DNA of 45,328 nt. It comes from Octopus bimaculoides (Eukaryota). A model generated the notes under the pieces. That model saw only the letters and a program-made list of their open reading frames with translations, searched no databases and was not told where the DNA came from. Positions 23,945 through 35,999 of this stretch are shown here, piece after piece (position 1 is the stretch's first letter; every line of letters starts with the position of its first letter). Where the stretch lies: NCBI RefSeq assembly GCF_001194135.2, contig NC_068981.1:16749078-16794405 (forward strand). Direction: 5' to 3'. A program made the position numbers and the translations under genes.

Positions 23945-24943
23945 CAGGGTACGATGGCTAAATTGTAGCCATTTTATATTTTTAGTTTCGCATATGCGAA
24001 TTGTTTGTTTTTGATTTTGTCGACTACACAGTATGGTAGGGTCAGTTATGCACCGTCTGTGAGAAGAACAGCTCCATGACGCAATTAACTCCGCCAGAAA
24101 TTTGGAAACGACATGCTGTACTGCTTGGCATACGCACCTGAAGCTCCAATACAAACATTTCAGTGTGTGTGTGGGTGTCAAACTGAGGACAGTGCAGAGG
24201 ATTCGGAAAGAGTTGGATGAAACTAACGACGATTAAGAAGGTACGGCAGCTCGGAAAACTCATTCTGGTGGTTCTGATGACAAAAGTACTCCTGAATCTG
24301 TTGGTGAGATCCGAACCATGATTTACAACGATCCATCCAACTCAATCAGGTTCATCGCCAAGGACATGGGATTGTCTGAGTTTCTTATCAGGCAGGTAGT
24401 GCATGAAGATATACATACAATATAACAAAGGGCCAATTTTATCCCAAGCCATCAAGGACAAGAGGAAAGACCACGCTCCGAAGCTTTTGAACAAACGCAA
24501 GCATCACTTGCAACCGACGGATTTTTATCAGACGAGAAAATCTCTGTCAGGATCAGATGAACAATCGTTGACTTACCGAGTCCCCAAAACAAGTACCGAT
24601 ATTGATAAAACTCAAACATCTGGTCAATATCATGGTGTTTGGAGTGATCACTAGTGATGGAGACGTTATACCTCCATTCATCTTCCCACACAGCATCAGA
24701 CTCAACACGGAGCCCTACATCAAGTGCCTACATGAGGTAGTGCTGTCCTAATTCAAGAGGGTGGCTGTGGAAGACCCTATATCTGGTTGTCTGGCTATCT
24801 GGCAACAGGACTCTGCATCATGCCACACAAGCAGGAGAACCCAGTCATGGCTGTTAGACGATTTCTGCCACCACATCAACCCTAACATCATGCCACTTAA
24901 CTCCCCAGACTGGAACCCACTTCATTATTATGTTTTGGGCGCA

Positions 24944-25008
<65 letters not shown>

Positions 25009-25274
25009 CAGAGCTCTTCGTAACACCAAAGATGAACTAAAGCGAGGTCTATGGTAGCATTCACCAACTTAAATAAGGAAACCGTTCAGTAGAGTTGCAG
25101 AATATTCTGAAATCGTTTGGAGGCCATGGTTGAAGCCAATGGCGATTTTATTGAATAAATTTACTCTTTGGTATTTCAAGATAATTTTATGTAATTTTGG
25201 TAAATATATGTTAAAATGACGTCAGTGTTGTTTTCGTTTTTGCGTAATTTAGACAATTTATTCACCGCACGTCG
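23945..25274 (+). mobile_element. Full-length decayed Tc1/mariner-superfamily DNA transposon, DD37D (maT-type)
   Basis: TA on both flanks; imperfect TIRs CAGGGTACGATGGCTAAATTGT and (reverse complement) CGACGTGCGGTGAATAAATTGT; transposase relic inside. Confidence 0.88.
24076..25158 (+). pseudogene. DD37D transposase pseudogene
   Basis: MTQLTPPEIWKRHAVLLGI.., IRFIAKDMGLSEFLIRQVVHED (HTH), FLSDEK (24531), MVFGVITSDG, QQDSASCHT (24803), NSPDWNPLH-YY. There are 37 residues between the second D and the third acidic position, which now reads CAT (H). Stops, frameshifts and microsatellite insertions are present. Confidence 0.88.
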
Positions 25275-25316
25275 TATACATACGTACATACATACGTACG
25301 TACATACATACATACA

Positions 25317-25350
<34 letters not shown>

Positions 25351-25446
25351 CATACATACATACGCACGTACGCACGCACACACATATACATACGTGAATA
25401 CATACATACATACATACATACATGCATGCATGCATACATACATACA
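25275..25446. repeat. (TACA)n-type microsatellite directly abutting the transposon right-end TA
   Basis: Direct reading. Confidence 0.9.
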
Positions 25447-25514
25447 AACTTGCATACATAGTTCTCCAAGTTATAACAGATGAATCTTAAAGAACAGCTG
25501 TCTGTGTGTACTCT

Positions 25515-26392
25515 TTCCCAATATGCCGAAGACCTAGCCCTCAGCTTTTATAGCAGAGAATCTGGATGAAGATCTTGAAGCCATACCTAGATTACAGGTG
25601 CCTCAGAGAAAATTTGGTGAGCAGTAGAGTTTTAACAAGAATATGGCTGTATTCGGCAGAAAAGAAGCTTGGCAGGAACTTCGTACGGTGTATCTTGTGT
25701 GAAATATGGGTGTTCATGAGATTCGCTATGGTTATACTTGGACTAATATTAAAAGAAAGCGTGCAGATATGTAGGGTTAGTTAGCTTTCAGAACATTGGT
25801 AAAATAAGCTGTCTTCAATACTGGAAAGGCTCTATAAAAGTAATTGAAGTGTTCTAGTACTAAGACAATCAATCCTCCGTAGAGAGTGTGGTTCTGGAAG
25901 CATAGCAGCTAAAAAAGATTGGAAATAGTTCAGTGAGGTATTACGCAAGATGATTCTGTCTTCGAATTAAGGATATGTTGTACATTGTGCGCAAAATGCG
26001 ATGCTCTATAGTAGGCTGTCAGGAACTTTGAATTCAGAGGAGGTGCGAAGAAGTTGTAGAGAAACGTATTCCGTTAGATTTGTAAAGTTAGCGTGCCTGA
26101 GTGATGTAGTAGAGACGAGCTGAAAGGAAAGCAGGGCATAATTCATTAGATATAGAGTGCAAGAGATACGACTGCAATAATATGGATATGTAATGCTATG
26201 GATTATGACTTATGGCTAAACGAGAACCAGGAGATCCAAGAGGAAGGAAATTGAAGGAAAAGACCAAGGATCACAGAAGCAGAAATAGTGAATGGTTATC
26301 TCAGGATGCTGGCCCTCACTTCATAAAGAAGATGAAAAGAGAACACAACACATGGCGAAAAGCTATGTAAGAGACGTCACATCCAACGCATA
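25515..26392 (+). pseudogene. Decayed RTE-clade LINE, RT C-terminal half and 3' end
   Basis: YAEDLAL (YADD-like, 25522), DWK*FSEVL, CAQNAMLYS, RLQ*YGYVML (cf. RLRWYGHVMR), and a GRPR-like segment near 26260, in the expected order with many disruptions. Confidence 0.7.
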
Positions 26393-27434
26393 TAGGAGGA
26401 CTTGGGGAGGAAGGGGATTAATGCATAATGTTGTGTCTTTGTGATACAGTCTACGTCACATCTCTAGAGAAGATTTTGACTCAGTATAGAAAATATAGGA
26501 CAATGTTAAGTAATATGGCAAGTATAAATTGTAATCTTGCATATTTATTACGAAATGTAAATCTACTTTAACAACGATATCAAATTTATGGCTATTGAAG
26601 AATAACATACTAGTTATTCCATCACCAGACACGAATGACGCAAAGCTGCATAGAGTGAAATCGATCAATAACTAAATTTATTGAATTGGTTTCATAATTA
26701 TAATTACTTTAATTCTACACATTCATTACCAGACATTAGGATTCATAGTTACTCTGGATTGATTCCTATTGAATAGAATGACAGACAACAGCAGGCTACC
26801 GAGATATGTTAAGTTGGTGTTAACATGTTTAATGCAAGGGGCATTAAAAAGAAAACTACCATGCAGCGAGGAGAAAAACCCATACGAAGCATTGCTTAAT
26901 ATCATTTGTAAAAATCGATAGAACATTGGCAATAATAGGCTGTCATATTTAAATATATTTCTTTGTGTTCTGTGTTCAATTCCCGGTGGCGTCGACAAAG
27001 TCTATCCATCATTCTGGTGTAGATAAATTAAAGTACCAGTCATGCATCAAATAAAACCTTTTTGCGGCTTTGTACCCATGTTAGAAGCCAATATTATTAT
27101 CACGGATGAAGGCAAAGTGCTGAAAGAGCTGTTAGCATGCTGGGCAAAATGCTTGGAAATATCACTAAATATGTGTATAACAGTTGCATCATTTTTAGGG
27201 ACATGATCAGCCATCTTGTGGAGGTACGGGCTAATCAAATACACCGACCACAGTACTTGATTTTATTTATTTTAACGATCAAGGAAGGATTAAAAGCAAA
27301 ACTGAATTGCCCCTTAGCAGAAATTGAACACAAAACGTAAAATAGTCGGAATAAAATATTGCAAGACATTTTGTCGATTCTTTAAGGATTCATTAAATCC
27401 GTCTCCTTTAAGGTATCATATGTGCAAGGCATTG

Positions 27435-27590
27435 CTGTGTGATAGGAAGTTTGTTTCCAAGCGACATGGTTCCGGGTTCAGGTTTCCGTCCTATTGCGTG
27501 GAACCTTGAGCAATTGTATTCTACTACACTCTCAGGCCGACCGAAGCCTTGTGACTGTATTTATTCGACAGAAACTGAAAGAAGCCCATT
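27435..27590 (+). mobile_element. Decayed family A head module
   Basis: gctgtgtgataggaag..catggttccgggttcag..gcgtggaaccttgagcaa..ggccgaccgaagccttgtga..gacagaaactgaaagaagccc. Confidence 0.75.
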
Positions 27591-27814
27591 TAAGTACTAG
27601 TTAAGCTAGTTGAGTATATCGCATGCCTCGTGCCAAAATTTGAAACCAATATTTCATATATATATNNNNNNNNNNTATATATATTCTACTATTCTTTTTA
27701 GGCATTCTTTTAGGAAACAAATATTTTGCATCACAAGCTGTATTATCCCATGCCTAAAATTAATGTGGTTGATCATGTCTGGGACACGGTTCACCAGAAA
27801 TTTCTCCAATAGGC

Positions 27815-28227
27815 CAAGGAATGGCTGTGTGGTAAGTAGCTTGCTTACCAACCACATGGTTCCGGGTTCAGTCCCACTGCGTGGCACCTTGGGCAAGTGT
27901 CTTCTACTATAGCCTCGGGCCGACCAAAGCCTTGTGAGTGGATTTGGTAGACGGAAACTGAAAGAAGCCCGTCGTATATATGTATATATATATATGTATG
28001 TGTGTGTATATGTTTGTGTGTCTCTGTTTTTCTCCCACCCAACATTGCTTGACAACCGATGCTGGTGTATTTACGTCCCTGTATCTTAGCGGTTCGGGAA
28101 AAGAGACAGATAGAATAAGTACTAGACTTACAAAGAATAAGTGCTGGGGTCGATTTGCTCGACTAAAGGCGGTGCTCCAGCATGACCACAGTCAAATGAC
28201 TGAAACAAGTAAAATAGTAAAAGAGTA
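27815..28227 (+). mobile_element. SINE family A, full-length reference-like copy
   Basis: ggctgtgtggtaag, ggttccgggttcagtcccac, ggcaccttgggcaagtgtctt (resembles the MIR/CORE gaccttgggcaagt), internal TA/TG tract, 3' module, (GTAAAAGA)-like tail. Confidence 0.93.
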
Positions 28228-28454
28228 ATCAGGGTTGTTCACTAAGGTTAAAGAACAACAACAACAACAATAAGAAACTGCCGATAGAGAAAAAATATTT
28301 TTTAGGAATGATATATCTAGAACTAGTATACCCAATGTGTACTTCTACTTTTGAAATTCGTAAGATACAACTTGAGGGATATTTAGCTGTTATTTATTGT
28401 CATTATTGCTACCATATACAATCTCGTTATCTTGTGTCATGAATAATACTTCCA

Positions 28455-28681
28455 AATGGTTTCAAAATTTGACATAAGGCTAGCAGTTTTAGTGGGAAAG
28501 TGCAGCCAACTGCATCAACCCAAGTATTTGAATGATACTTATTTTATCGACCCCTAGCCCCACGAAGGATGAAAAGCAAAAATCAAACTCAGCAGAATTT
28601 GAACTCAGCCCGTTACGTTCCGGAAGAAATTTTGCTAAGCATTTTTTCCAACGGGCCAAAGATTCTGCTAGCTCACCGCTT
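28455..28681 (-). mobile_element. Old family-B-related SINE
   Basis: gatacttattttatcgaccc..aaggatgaaaagc..gaatttgaactcag..ctaagcatttt..gattctgctagctcaccgctt. Confidence 0.7.
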
Positions 28682-28699
28682 TTGTGTCAAGAAAATGAT

Positions 28700-28867
28700 T
28701 TCAAATTTTGGTCGACGGTTGATTTTGCGGAGAGGGGAAGTTGACCCCAGCACTTAACTGGTTCTTGTTTTATCATCCCCGAAAGGATGAAAGGCGAAGT
28801 TGACCTCGCCAGAGTTTTGAATCAGCAGCATTTCATTCGGAGTGTTAACGGTTCTGCAAGCTCTTCG
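28700..28867 (-). mobile_element. Old family-B-related SINE, internally deleted
   Basis: gaccccagcacttaactggttcttgttttatcatccccgaaaggatgaaaggcgaagttgacctc..aacggttctgcaagctc. Confidence 0.7.
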
Positions 28868-30249
28868 TTTCATGTGTCATGCCTAATAAAATAAAATAAA
28901 ATAAAAACACAAATTATTTCCAGTCAAAGAAGTTTTAACACTAATCTTTCTATACAGATTTGATCCTCAGTTCCTACTATTTTACATTACCTGATGTCCC
29001 AACTTCACTTCGAAAATGCACTCAACTATTCGTTATCCTATTTATTTTTCTCATAAAATATTATATGAGTCTTTATGGCGGGTAGTAAGCAGGAAAAGGT
29101 GTCAAAGATCAGAGTGTCTGGATAATAACAACAGCGATTGGAATAAAAGGATTTTAACATTTTCACTTTGGATAACTTATTTTCGGACCTTGAAATATCC
29201 ACTCACTTACTGGAACAAAGAAGGAAATATATAATAAAGAGAAAATATCTTAATGCTTATTTTCCTTTTTCTGAGAATTATTACACGAAAAGTAGGTGTG
29301 TTAAAACTATTCTAGCGCCAGGTAAATAGATACGTGTTATGCAAAAGCTATATTGACTCTCAGAACACCTCAGGCTGTGAAGTAAATTAGTTCACAACAA
29401 AGGAAAGTGTTGAAGTAAATTATCGACTGTTGAGGAAATTAGATAAAATTGCCGTTGTCAATGAACTAATGGAAAAATCATTATAGGTATATTTTGTTTT
29501 CTGTCTTTTCACAAAGTCTTTGTGAACTAATCAAAAAAATGTTATATATATGTATATATATGTATATGTTCCACCTTGGATTTTAAAAGAAACACACTGA
29601 TGTTGACATTTTCTAATTCTTACGATCAAACTGGCAAAAGACATTAACGAAAAAGTCTGCATCATTTGACAACTTTCTCAAGACAGTTTTATTGCGTAAT
29701 TTTTCACACAGTATCGTTAACATGCCACCATTACAATTCTTTGAGGAAAGTTTGGTAAATAATTCTTTAACTATTAGCAAGCATCAGTAATTTATACATA
29801 AAGCAGCAGAAAATATCAATTTTTTTTATCTTCGTGCAGCGCCTAGAGGAATGGTTTTCAGCATTATAGACGCGTTTACGTAATTGCTCGATCTTCTAGA
29901 AAAATTACAAAAATCTCCCTTATATCACACTCTACCTCATAAACAAGGGAAAAGTATATTATACAGTGTAGGCCTACATATTCTCATAAAGCCAGAGGTG
30001 TCATACCTGATATGACAGGGATCATAAGCATGGAAAAGTCAGATTTTGTACTGCTGTTGTATGTAAACTTATAAAGCTGTGATACGCATAAATGTTGTGA
30101 TATTGTTCATAAATAAGGAAGGAAAGGATGAGTTATGTACATATATGTATATACTTAACTACATAGAAACAAACGCACACATATACACACACATGCATGC
30201 ATACATACATACATACATACATACATACATACCTACCTACATACATATA

Positions 30250-30455
30250 CAAGGTGGTATTAAAAATCTGCAACGAAGGCATTGTACAAGCTTATGGCGA
30301 CGAGGTAATGGGTAGTATACAATGTTTCGAGTGGCATGGGCGCTGCAAAAGCGGAATAACGTCCCTGGAAGATGATGGGCGATTTGGAAGACCTGCCACG
30401 AGCGACACTCCCGGAAATGTAGACAAAATTCATCAGCTTATGCATGTGGATATAC
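30250..30455 (+). pseudogene. Internally deleted mariner: left-TIR-like end fused to a transposase HTH fragment
   Basis: TA+CAAGGTGGTATTAAAAA, followed by AYGDEVMGSIQCFEWHGRCKSGITSLEDDGRFGRPATSDTPGNVDKIHQLMHVD (mariner N-terminal WxxxF..GRP signature). Confidence 0.8.
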
Positions 30456-30497
<42 letters not shown>

Positions 30498-30594
30498 NNN
30501 NNNNNNNNNNNNNNNNNNNNNNNNNNNNNNNNNNNNNNNNNNNNNNNNNNNNNNNNNNNNNNNNNNNNNNNNNNNNNNNNNNNNNNNNNNNNNN

Positions 30595-30641
<47 letters not shown>

Positions 30642-30678
30642 ATTTAGTCAATATATATATGTATATATATGCACACAC

Positions 30679-30716
<38 letters not shown>

Positions 30717-31506
30717 TTTGTTTGTGTATTAAAGCTACCATTGGTTTCATGCTTAAGAATACCTTAACAATTATCACGCCTCTCAAATAGATACATCGGT
30801 GATCGTATACAACTTCCAATTAAAACGCCGCTGTAAGCGCTATCCCATTTGTATGATGTGGAAAAGATGTCAACAACTTTGCCCAAATGATGTGGGCATC
30901 AGCTTTAAAATTCACCCAAGGCCTAGTTGCCGTGTCAGACGTCCTTTACATTAAAACACAAGGAACTATTTCACTTTCACTACCCCTACTCTCTTTAACG
31001 TCATACGAAGACACATAAGACAAGAAAAGATCTGCAACAATTTCCAGATGAACCACCTACAGCAGGATATATCTCTGTAAGCGATTACTCATTACTTGAA
31101 TGGGGTCATGGTACCCAAAGTAGGATTGTAATATGAAGCATCATTTTTTTTTTCAGGCGGAAGGCATGGCCTGGGCTATTTTCAGTCGTAGCTTATATGG
31201 GTTTGTAAATTTCTAAGTATGTGTGTGTATTTGTGTTTTTGTGTGTCTGTGTGTTTGTCTGTGAATGTGTTTGCGTGTGCTATATGTATTTGTGTATGTG
31301 TGTATGTATGTTTGTGTATGTGTATGTGTGTATATTAGTGTGTCTATGCGTGTCTATTTGTGTATGCATCTTTGTGTGTATGTGTGTGCATGTGCGTGTG
31401 TGTGTGTGTGTGATTTAGTCAAAAATGGTGGCGAAAAGTGACGTTTCCTTATGATAGGCTTTGTAATTGTTGAGGTATAAAAAGCTTCTCGAGAGGATTA
31501 TAATAA

Positions 31507-31712
31507 CCCTTTCTACTATAGACACAAGGCCTGAAATTTGTGGGAGGGGATTGTCGATTACATCGACCCCAGTACATAACTGGTACTTATTTTCTTCGAC
31601 CCTGAAAGGTAAAGTCGACCTCTGTGCGATTTGAACTCGGAACATAGCAACGGGCGAAATACCTAGCAGTATTTCGCTCGGCACGCTAAAGATTCTGCCA
31701 TCTCACCCTCTT
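31507..31712 (-). mobile_element. SINE family B, tail type 1, diverged
   Basis: ttctactatagacacaaggcctgaaatt..gtcgattacatcgaccccag..gatttgaactcggaac..gattctgccatctcacc. Confidence 0.85.
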
Positions 31713-32213
31713 ACAGGATCCTAATATTGAGCACCATTCATTCTTTGTGATCGGTCTCTAAGGTGCCTCACTTATAATATTTTGTTACGTGTAGAGAGTC
31801 CTATGTTTACCTACGCATACACTCACATATATAAACATGCATTATTTAGACATACTTACACATCATATTTACATGCGGGTGTGAGAGTGTATGTGTGTGC
31901 ATATGCTTTCCCTATGTCTAATTTGAATCAATAACATTTATCTGTAAAAAAGAACTTTCAAAACAGCTAGCGATAAATAAATTCAGTAACGGTCGCCATA
32001 TTGTTTCCAGAACGTTGTCAGTTACCGCCACTCGCAGACAGGCAGACAAACACAAACAGACAAGAACATACACGCACATAAATGCACACGCAAACACACG
32101 AGCACAAACGCACGTATATACATATAAATATATTTCTTTTCTTCTCCATTGTTTCGCTTTATCTGTCATGCAACATTCATTGTATAACAACACTGAATGT
32201 TCCTTATCATATA

Positions 32214-32257
<44 letters not shown>

Positions 32258-33058
32258 CTGAATGTCACATGTTGGTCTTTATTGTTTTGTCCGAGCTTTT
32301 CGAGATTTTCCTATTCTGGTTTTGAGATGGGAGATCTGTGTTTCCCCCCAACCCCGCGGTTGTAATTCTGTCTGCAATTTGTTGATAGAGTTCTAAATGT
32401 AGGAAGGACATATTTGATTATACCATGTTAAGACTTCAGACTAGGAGCATATGTGTATGTGTTTGTGTGAATGTGTTTGTATGTCTGAGTGTGTGTGCAT
32501 TTCCTATATGTGTGTGCGAGCGCGCGTGCGTGTTCCAATGATTTTGTGCCTGTGTTAGTAGTTAAGCGTGTATGTATGTTTCTCTACTCACATTTTTCCG
32601 TATGCATGCATATATATGTATCTCTCTGACTCCCTCTTTCTCTTTATATATGTATATATCTGTGTATCTCAGTGTCTGTGTGTGTAAACATTGTGAGTAA
32701 AACCCGGATTCATATCAGGTTGTGTTGGCTGCGAATTAAGTTTGAATCATAATATTTTAAGAACATCGAAATCCTGCATTCGAAATAGAAGTTATGGGCT
32801 ACATCTCGGTGCTGAGAATCCGAAGTTTAAGTAAAAAAAATTGGCATTTCTTATCCATCGACAATTGAACCCCTTGCTGTGTTAATATTCTAGATGAACA
32901 TAACATTCATGGATCTTTGTGTATTACACTGCACTTCACCGAAATTAAATACCCGCCATCGCACCACACTACCTTCCATTACAATACACTATAACGAGTT
33001 GCACTAAGCTTTGCATAACCTCTTCTTCTGTTCACTAAAAATTACATAAAATGAAGTA

Positions 33059-34040
33059 CAGCAATACCTTGCCATATCGAGGTTGACCTATCACGAACTC
33101 AGTGCATCGCAGATTTTTCTGTCTAATATATGTAAATTTATATCGTGGACTCAGTATATCACGAGTTTCTGCGGCCCTTAGGTATTCATATTTCGTAAGT
33201 TTTTAATTATTTCTGTGGTAAAATAAGTATATTCACACCTAAAAATTAATAAATTGATAAATAAAAATAGAATACTGCACTGTATAACACATTAATTAAA
33301 ATATATTAAAAGAAAATACGTAGTGTAACATAGATGAGTAAACAAAGAATCGCAAACACTGTATGGAAAACGAAACTCGGGAGGTGAGTGTGAATTATTG
33401 TTTTTTACATTCATAATAAAATAAATATAATCAAGTGGCTGTTTGATAAGTAGCTTGCTTACGAACCGCATGGTTCCGGGTCCAGTCCCACAGCGTGGCA
33501 CCTTGGGTAAGTGTCTTCTACTATAGCCTCGGGCCGACCAAAGCCTTGTGAGCGGATTTGGTAGACGGAAACTGAATGAAGCCCGTCGTATGTATGTATG
33601 TATATATATATATATATNNNNNNNNNNNNNNNNNNNNNNNNNNNNNNNNNNNNNNNNNNNNNNNNNNNNNNNNNNNNNNNNNNNNNNNNNNNNNNNNNNN
33701 NNNNNNNNNNNATATATACATATATATACGTATGTGTGTATATGTTTGTGTGTCTGTGTTTGTCCCCCCAACATCGCTTGACAACCGATGCTGGTGTGTT
33801 TACGTCCCCGTAACTTACCGGTTAGGCAAAAGAGACCGATAGAATAAGTACTGGGCTTACAAAGAATAAGTCCTGGGGTCGATTTGCTCGACTAAAGGCG
33901 ATGCTCCAGCATGCCCTCAGTCAAATGACTGAAACAAGTTAAAGAGTAAAAGAGAGTACAGTACTGTTTCTGCTTCGCGGATTTTCACTTATCGCGGGAG
34001 ATTTTGGAACATAACACCCGCGATAATCGAGGGATTACTG
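33059..34040. mobile_element. Tigger/pogo-like MITE interrupted by a family A SINE
   Basis: TA-flanked ends CAGCAATACCTTGCCATATCGAGG and (reverse complement) CAGTAATCCCTCGATTATCGCGG; internal ..cgcggattttc.. motifs typical of pogo-derived MITEs; no coding capacity. Confidence 0.7.
33433..33956 (+). mobile_element. SINE family A with expanded internal microsatellite (gap)
   Basis: Head to tail match with 27815-28227. Confidence 0.92.
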
Positions 34041-35048
34041 TACTTCAATATTTCATAACTGTCAGTGCTCCACGTATCAATTATAAGCTGAAGGCTTTAG
34101 AAGAAACGACAGCTTTAAGAGTACTGCGTAATTCTTTTGTGGAAGCCGTCATTCGGCGTGGTGTAAAGCAAAGAATCAGTGCTGAAGAGTTCAAGTATTT
34201 AGGACTATTATGCCTTATCTGTACAACATACTTATGGAATTAGGCACTTTTGTGAAATACTTATTCGTTGAAAATACATCCATTTTCGGGTTATCAACGA
34301 GAGGATGGTGTCCTTTATCCATTAAATATTTATTGCAATTATAGGGAACAAAATATTTCATGTATAAAGACACCCTCCTCCCATAGATAACCTGAAAATG
34401 AATATATTTTGTGGCGTTACTTTCATTTCGTGAGATAAGACGTCCAGGATAACTTCTAACTTCACATCACAAAGTAGTTTATGGAATTCCTGCTTTTTTT
34501 TTTTTTTTTTTTGTAACAAAATCCCTTTTACATATAACTTTTTTCACTGAAAAAAATGTGATGCTATGAAACTCCATAATAATGGTACCTATATAAGTTA
34601 CATTATAAGACCATCATGTGCGTGTGTATGTGTATATATTTATGCATGTGTGTATGTATGTATATATACATTATCGGGCGCACATACATAGCGTATGTGT
34701 TTGGTCATTTGCTGCAAGTGATATGAGAGAGATTTGCTTGCTATTCTGAGCATTTGATGTGTAATACATAAAAGCTTCTTTTCTGGCTCTAGGTTGCTTT
34801 TTAACGGATTGAGACTGGTGCGCTCTCGATAGTCTTCACTAACGATTCTCATCCCTTGGGTTGGTCACAGAGCGTTCCATAGTAATACCGGTCTTAGTCG
34901 GAGTACTTTAGAACGATCATATTCGTGCGACTGTCTGGAGATTGAGATTTACTGGGAAGTAGGTTCACTGAATGATTCTGGAGAAAACAGAAGACACAGA
35001 ACTAACAGCTCAAAAATGAAGCAATTACAGATTAACACTGTCCGATGA

Positions 35049-35222
35049 CATAGTTCTATATTTAAGAGATGAGGAATTATGTACATTATTTACATTTGAT
35101 GGATATTTGTCCGCATCTTGTTTGTTGTTAACACATCGTTTCGGTTGATATACCCTCTAGCCTTCATCAGGTGTCTTGGGGAAATTTCAAACCTGGGTTC
35201 TCATTCCTAAGGTATTTTTCGA

Positions 35223-35253
<31 letters not shown>

Positions 35254-35274
35254 ATTCAGGTCACTGCTTGGAAT
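35049..35274 (-). mobile_element. Family D copy, left arm of an inverted pair, with (AAC)n; decayed hammerhead at 35130-35175
   Basis: Reverse complement attccaagcagtgacctgaataa(caa)n-catcgaaaaataccttagg..gacacCTGATGAaggctagagggtatatcaaccGAAAcgatgtgtt..cttaaatatagaact. Confidence 0.9.
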
Positions 35275-35275
35275 A

Positions 35276-35390
35276 GAAATTTCCCCAAGACACCTGAAGA
35301 AGGCTGGAGGATATATCAGCCGAAACGTTGTGTTAACAACAAACAAGATGCGGACAAATATCCGTCGAATGTAAATAATGTAAATAATGT
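35276..35390 (+). mobile_element. Family D copy, 5'-truncated right arm of an inverted pair
   Basis: gaaatttccccaagacacctgaaga..aatgtaaataatgtaaataatg. Confidence 0.9.
35289..35334 (+). ncRNA. Structurally intact minimal type-I hammerhead ribozyme motif (Penelope-type, dimer-dependent)
   Basis: GACAC / CTGAAGA / A / GGCTG-gaggatatat-CAGCC / GAAA / C-GTT / GTGTT. Stems I and II are complete, stem III is the palindrome AACGTT, and the predicted cleavage triplet is GUU. Confidence 0.7.
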
Positions 35391-35999
35391 TTAATGATAT
35401 GTTCGAAATGTGACGGTTTTCTCAATAATATACGTACATACATAGAGAAGCACAACGCCTTAGTGGATAAGATGTTTTAATATCTATTTATTAATAAGGT
35501 GTCTCAATTGTCTTCTTGCGCTTCATTGTTTCTCTGTGCAGAACATTTCCAGCTACGTTACTTTTCAGCTTTCTGTTAGCGTTAACTAATTTCGAAAAAC
35601 TCAGGCTCAGAACACAACTCACAAATTGTCAGCCGATCGTTCTATTCATTTCAATATCATGCGTAGGGAATTTGTTGTGTCTCATAAAAGTCTTTTCCTT
35701 TTCACTTTTATAAGTTCGGAAATAATACTTCTTATATAATCTTCCTTAAGTGAACAATATTGGGTCATTTTGAGTTCAATGTAAGTTTCAAATAAACAGA
35801 AGAAAAAAATCAATAGCCCGCTACCACTATGATTCTAAACAGTTTGAAGTATTTCGCAAATAATATCTATACAGACTTCATATTTCGTCTAGAATAATTT
35901 ATCTATTTATATCAAATAATGCTAAATATATCTTTTCTTAAATATTTTGTCTAGTGTGTAGTATTATGTATTTTTATAGAATAACACTAGTTCTTTAAA

